Positions 58,737-64,000 of a stretch of DNA of 64,000 bases are shown piece after piece (the first letter of the stretch is position 1; every line of letters starts with the position of its first letter). The stretch comes from Eledone cirrhosa (taxonomy: Eukaryota), in contig OZ024762.1 of NCBI GenBank assembly GCA_964016885.1, positions 9,300,001-9,364,000 of the forward strand, in the 5' to 3' direction. The position numbers and the translations under genes were made by a program. Under the pieces are notes generated by a model. That model made no database searches. It saw only the letters and a program-made list of their open reading frames with translations, and was not told where the DNA came from.

Positions 58737-58955
58737 TGTATACATGTTTGTATAAATTTATGTATATATGTACACATGTATGTTTTTTTACATGTACGCA
58801 TGTGTATGCATATATACATGTCCATATACATTCACGTATATATGAATGCATTATGCATCCGCGTGTATGTATATATGTATATATATGTGTGTGTTCGTGT
58901 GCGCGCATATATGTATGTACATATGCATTCACGTACATATATATATATGTATATA

Positions 58956-59020
<65 letters not shown>

Positions 59021-60399
59021 TCCCTTGATATATATGTTTGTATATATATATATATATAATGTGTGTGTGTGTGTGTACGTATATATGTATGTATATATAT
59101 ATATGTGTGTGTGTGTGTTTGTGTGGTGTATATGAGGGTAATTTGAGATTTAATAACGACATCACTGATGACAAAACATTGTTATCGTCTGCTTGTCATC
59201 CATTTCTTCTGCATTGCCGCCATCTTAACTAATCATTACTCTCCAATCGGAACATACTGGGTGTTGGACAACAAAGCGACTATAGAACAACAACAACAAC
59301 AACAACAACAACAATAACGGGAATAACAACAACAACAACAACAGTAGAAAGAACAGCAACAACAGATAACTAGCACTACCACCACCACCACCACTACCAC
59401 TACTACTACTACTATTACCACCACTCCTACCACTACTATTACCAACATCACAACCACGATACCACTAATACCACCACCAAAGCCACTACCACTAGTGCTA
59501 ATGCTACGACTGCCACCACTACTACTTCTAATACTACCACTACCACCACAACTACCAACACCACAACCACCACCACCTCAACTACCACCACAACTACCAC
59601 CACTGCCATCACCACCACAACTGCCATCACCACCACAACTACCACCACCACTACCACCACCACTACTACCACCAACACCACAACCACCACCACCTCAACT
59701 ACCACCACAACTACCACCACCACTACAACTACCACCACCACAACTACTACCACCACAACTGCCATCACCACCACAACTACCACCACCACTACCACCACAA
59801 CTACCACCACCACTACCACCACCACTACCACCACCACTACAACTACCACCACCACAACTGCCATCACCACCACAACTCCCATCACCACCACAACTACCAC
59901 CACCACTACCACCACCACTACCACCACCACTACAACTACCACCACCACAACTGCCATCACCACCACAACTACCACCACCACCACTACCACCACCACAACT
60001 ACTTCCAATACTAGGTCCCAGGTTTCATTCCTCTGTGTACCAACTGAGGCAAGTGTTATTTAAAATAGACCTGTATCAACACTTGCCTGTGGAATGACAT
60101 TGGGTGGACAGGGACTATACGGAAGCCCATCAAATGGACTCCTGTACCTGTAATTCAGCGTTAGTTGTTTCTTTTAAATAAATATATATGTGTGTATGTG
60201 TGTATGTGTTATGCATGCATGTGTGTGTATGTATGGATGTGTATCTGTATGTGCGTATGTATATATATGTATGTGTGTGTGTATTTATATATGTATGTAT
60301 GTGTGTGTGTATATATATATGTATGTATAGATGGATAGACAGTCAGATAGGTTGGAAGAAAGAGAGACAGACAGAGGGACATGGATGAACTTATTCACA

Positions 60400-61275
60400 T
60401 CACACACACACACACACACACATTCTCTCTCTCACACACACACACACATTCTCTCTCACACACACACACACACACACATTCTCTCTCTCACACACACACA
60501 CACATTCTCTCTCACACACACACACACACACACATTCTCTCTGTCACACACACACACATTCTCTCTCGCACACAGACACACACACATTCTCTCTCTCTCA
60601 CACACACACACATTCTCTCTCACACACACACACACACACACATTCTCTCTGTCACACACACACACATTCTCTCTCGCACACAGACACACACACATTCTCT
60701 CTCTCTCACACACACACACATTCTCTCTCACACACACACACACACACACATTCTCTCTGTCACACACACACACATTCTCTCTCGCACACAGACACACACA
60801 CATTCTCTCTCTCTCACACACACACACATTCTCTCTCGCACACAGACACACACACATTCTCTCTCTCTCACACACACACACATTCTCTCTCACACACACA
60901 CATTCTCTCTCACACACAGACACAGACACAGACACACATTCTCAATCACACACATTCACTCCCTATACACACTACACACCACATCTCTCCCTATATACAC
61001 ACTACACACCACATCTCCCCCTATACACACTACACACCACATCACCCCCTATACACACTACACACCACACCACATCTCCCCCTACATACACCACACCACA
61101 TCTCCCCCTATACAACCACATCACCCCCTATACACACTACACACCACACCACACCACATCTCCCCCTACATACACCACACCACATCTCCCCCTATACACA
61201 CTACACACCACACCACACCACATCTCTCCCTATACACCACATCTCCCCCTATACACACACCACATCTCCCCCCCC
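60400..61275. repeat. Composite (CA)n-TTCTCTCT array followed by CCTATACACACTACACACCACATCTCC-type array
   Basis: Direct inspection. Confidence 0.85.
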
Positions 61276-61532
61276 TATACAATCTACTCCACAATCCAAA
61301 CTTCTATCTACTGCTGACGGTTGTAAAACTACACAAAACCTGTTTTTTCCTGTCTTTCCAGAAATTTCTGAATAACCTTCCACTGGCTTATTTGTTGCTT
61401 CGTTCCTTGAGGTGTGTGTAAGTGTGTGTGTGTACTCGTGTGTGTGTAAGTGTGTGTGTGTGGTTGGTTGGTGTGAGGGAGGCGTTTCAGTGTGTGTTTG
61501 TTTGTGTTGTGAAGATACTGGTAAGGTTGGGG

Positions 61533-61607
<75 letters not shown>

Positions 61608-61615
61608 ATATATAT

Positions 61616-61649
<34 letters not shown>

Positions 61650-61734
61650 ATATATGTATGCATATGTATGTATGTATGTATGTATGCATATATATATATA
61701 TATATGTGTGTATGTGTGAGTGTATCTATGTATA

Positions 61735-61801
<67 letters not shown>

Positions 61802-61889
61802 CAAAGGAATTGTAAATTTAGTACAGAAATAGCCGTCGAAACGGCTTGACCTCTGCCGTCGGGGTCATTCTTTTTCCTATATATATATA

Positions 61890-61934
<45 letters not shown>

Positions 61935-62085
61935 TTTTCTTTCTCTCCGTCTTTTTCTAATTGTCCTTAACACTATGACTTATTAAAATAATATAAACAA
62001 CTCACTATCCGGATGGCTTCCAAAAATAATGGTTGCATTTTAATAGGGTACGTCAAAGCTTATTTGTAAAACTGTTATATATTGT

Positions 62086-62148
62086 ATTTTGTCTGATGAA
62101 GGCATACCATAATTTAATTTGGTATCCCTGAAATATGTATAATGAAAT
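62086..62148 (+). ncRNA. Type-I hammerhead ribozyme (family A variant)
   Basis: AUUUUGU-CUGAUGA-AGG C AUACCA..UGGUAU C CCU-GAAA-UAUGUA-UA-AUGAAAU. Confidence 0.8.
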
Positions 62149-62355
62149 AAATATGGTTTTATAAATATAGTTTCCATTTATTAATATCGTATATATATAT
62201 ATATATATATTAGAGAGTTAAACAAGATTCAATGAGTACATCAAAGAATGAGCTTTACAGTAGATTGAAAGCACTCTACAGAAAGATATTTTCCAGGGTT
62301 ATTAATATTAAATTCAAATATTAATAAAATAGACGTTCTTGTGATCAAGTACATT

Positions 62356-62430
<75 letters not shown>

Positions 62431-62567
62431 GAATGGGATATTAGAAAGACCGAAGGGACGGGTGGGGGTAAAATTGGAAAAGAATGTTTTTAGAGAAAAA
62501 TAACTGGTCCATATATATGCATTGAGTGATTGGAACGGCGCGCCCCCTATTACTGAAGTTACACACC

Positions 62568-62629
<62 letters not shown>

Positions 62630-62757
62630 AAAGTTATATTTAAATTGTTGGGTTACAACGAGTAAATATTTATAACTGATATAAAAGCACTCAACAAGTA
62701 TTTGGAGTATATTTACGATATTAAATACATGGAAATTATATTTATAAAACCATATTT

Positions 62758-62821
62758 ATTTCATTATATATATTTCAGGGATATCATATTAAAAATATGT
62801 TATGCCTTCTTCAGACAAAAT
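62758..62821 (-). ncRNA. Type-I hammerhead ribozyme (family A)
   Basis: One substitution from 4279-4342. Confidence 0.75.
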
Positions 62822-63071
62822 ACAATATAAACAGTCTTATAAATAGATAGATTCGACATACCCTTTCAACATCGACTTGCATTTGAAAAGTTGATTTGGT
62901 ATATATATATACATATACATATATATATATATTTATATATATATATATATAAATAAAAAGAATTAATATATCTAGTAACATATATATACACAGATGCATA
63001 CTTATGCTAGCAAATATATAGGTTTTGTCTTAGTAACTTTGTGGTTCAATGCATGGGGATGCAGAACAATA

Positions 63072-63155
63072 ATATGAGAGACGTAAAATAAGAAAATTAT
63101 AAAATTAACTTACTTTTAGTAAGTAAATTAATTTTATAATTTTTCTTATTTTACG

Positions 63156-63165
<10 letters not shown>
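63072..63165. repeat. Near-perfect palindrome (~45-bp arms)
   Basis: atatgagagacgtaaaataagaaaattataaaatt...aattttataatttttcttattttacgtctctcatat. Confidence 0.85.
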
Positions 63166-63192
<27 letters not shown>

Positions 63193-63228
63193 TAAACAAA
63201 TAATGAATAAACAATTCCTTATATCTAC

Positions 63229-63286
<58 letters not shown>

Positions 63287-63447
63287 TAAGAAAATTAACA
63301 AAGAAAGGACAAAAAATAAATATAGAAACGAAGGACACAGAAGTCCATAGTCATCGGCCGTTGTGAGGGACTTGGGCAGTTTTGATCTATATATATATAG
63401 AACTTGTTTTTCGCTAATTTCCAATAGCCGTAATGCGGTTCTCGCTA

Positions 63448-63486
<39 letters not shown>

Positions 63487-63810
63487 TACATATATATATA
63501 TAGGAAATATATATACATATATACATATATATATAGGAAATGTAGTAAGGAACCAGGTGGACCATAACGCACCAAAGTACTCAATACTTGGGGTAATAGA
63601 GTGGGTAATAGGAACCAGTAAGACCCCGACGGTTGAGCTCAAGCCGTTTCGACGGCTAATTAGCCGTCGAAACGGCTTGAGCTCAGCCGTCGGGGTCTTA
63701 CTGGTTCCTATATATATATATATACACACACATACATACAGGAAGGTAGTACAGAATAATCGAAGCTCTGGTTGCGGGCAAGCTAACGAATGCTGTGGGG
63801 AAGTGCAGCC

Positions 63811-63882
<72 letters not shown>

Positions 63883-64000
63883 ATATATATATCTATATAT
63901 ATATATAACCCCTCACTCGCAAGCGTGAAACTAAAAACCATATCATTTGTACTGCCTCTCTGTTTTTTGTTCTCTGTTCATTTATTAAACTATATATATA

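Noticed and set aside
59160-59205. CTGATGA in a hairpin (also isolated cores near 1095, 6433, 19781, 32812)
   Set aside because: No correctly placed GAAA/stem III.

Overview
Eukaryotic, AT-rich, extremely microsatellite-dense DNA ((TA)n, (CA)n, (TACA)n, (GA)n, (CAC)n, (CAA)n, (ATT)n). The repeat repertoire suggests a cephalopod/octopod genome (inference). Almost all ORFs in the supplied track are microsatellite translation artefacts. Real content: (1) at least four phase-compatible coding exons of an unidentified minus-strand gene (10388 to <1); (2) a 5'-truncated Penelope-like retroelement (RT + GIY-YIG, Naiad-like CxCx5C linker) with one homopolymer frameshift; (3) fragments of RTE, Tx1/L1-like and REL-endonuclease (R4/Dong-like) LINEs, two tRNA-derived SINE families and a hAT-Charlie-like MITE; (4) minisatellites born inside these elements. 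The most striking signal is about 14 type-I hammerhead ribozyme motifs, from roughly 8-9 different sequence families, on short non-coding elements sitting in (TA)n tracts. Several of these elements, and several without a clear ribozyme, have a fold-back (palindromic) head with a fixed outer end and a 3' tail carrying a common RTTGAGTRCTTT-like motif. This looks like a community of ribozyme-bearing mini-Penelope/retrozyme-like parasites next to a candidate autonomous partner family. All folds were read by eye; no searches or folding programs were run.
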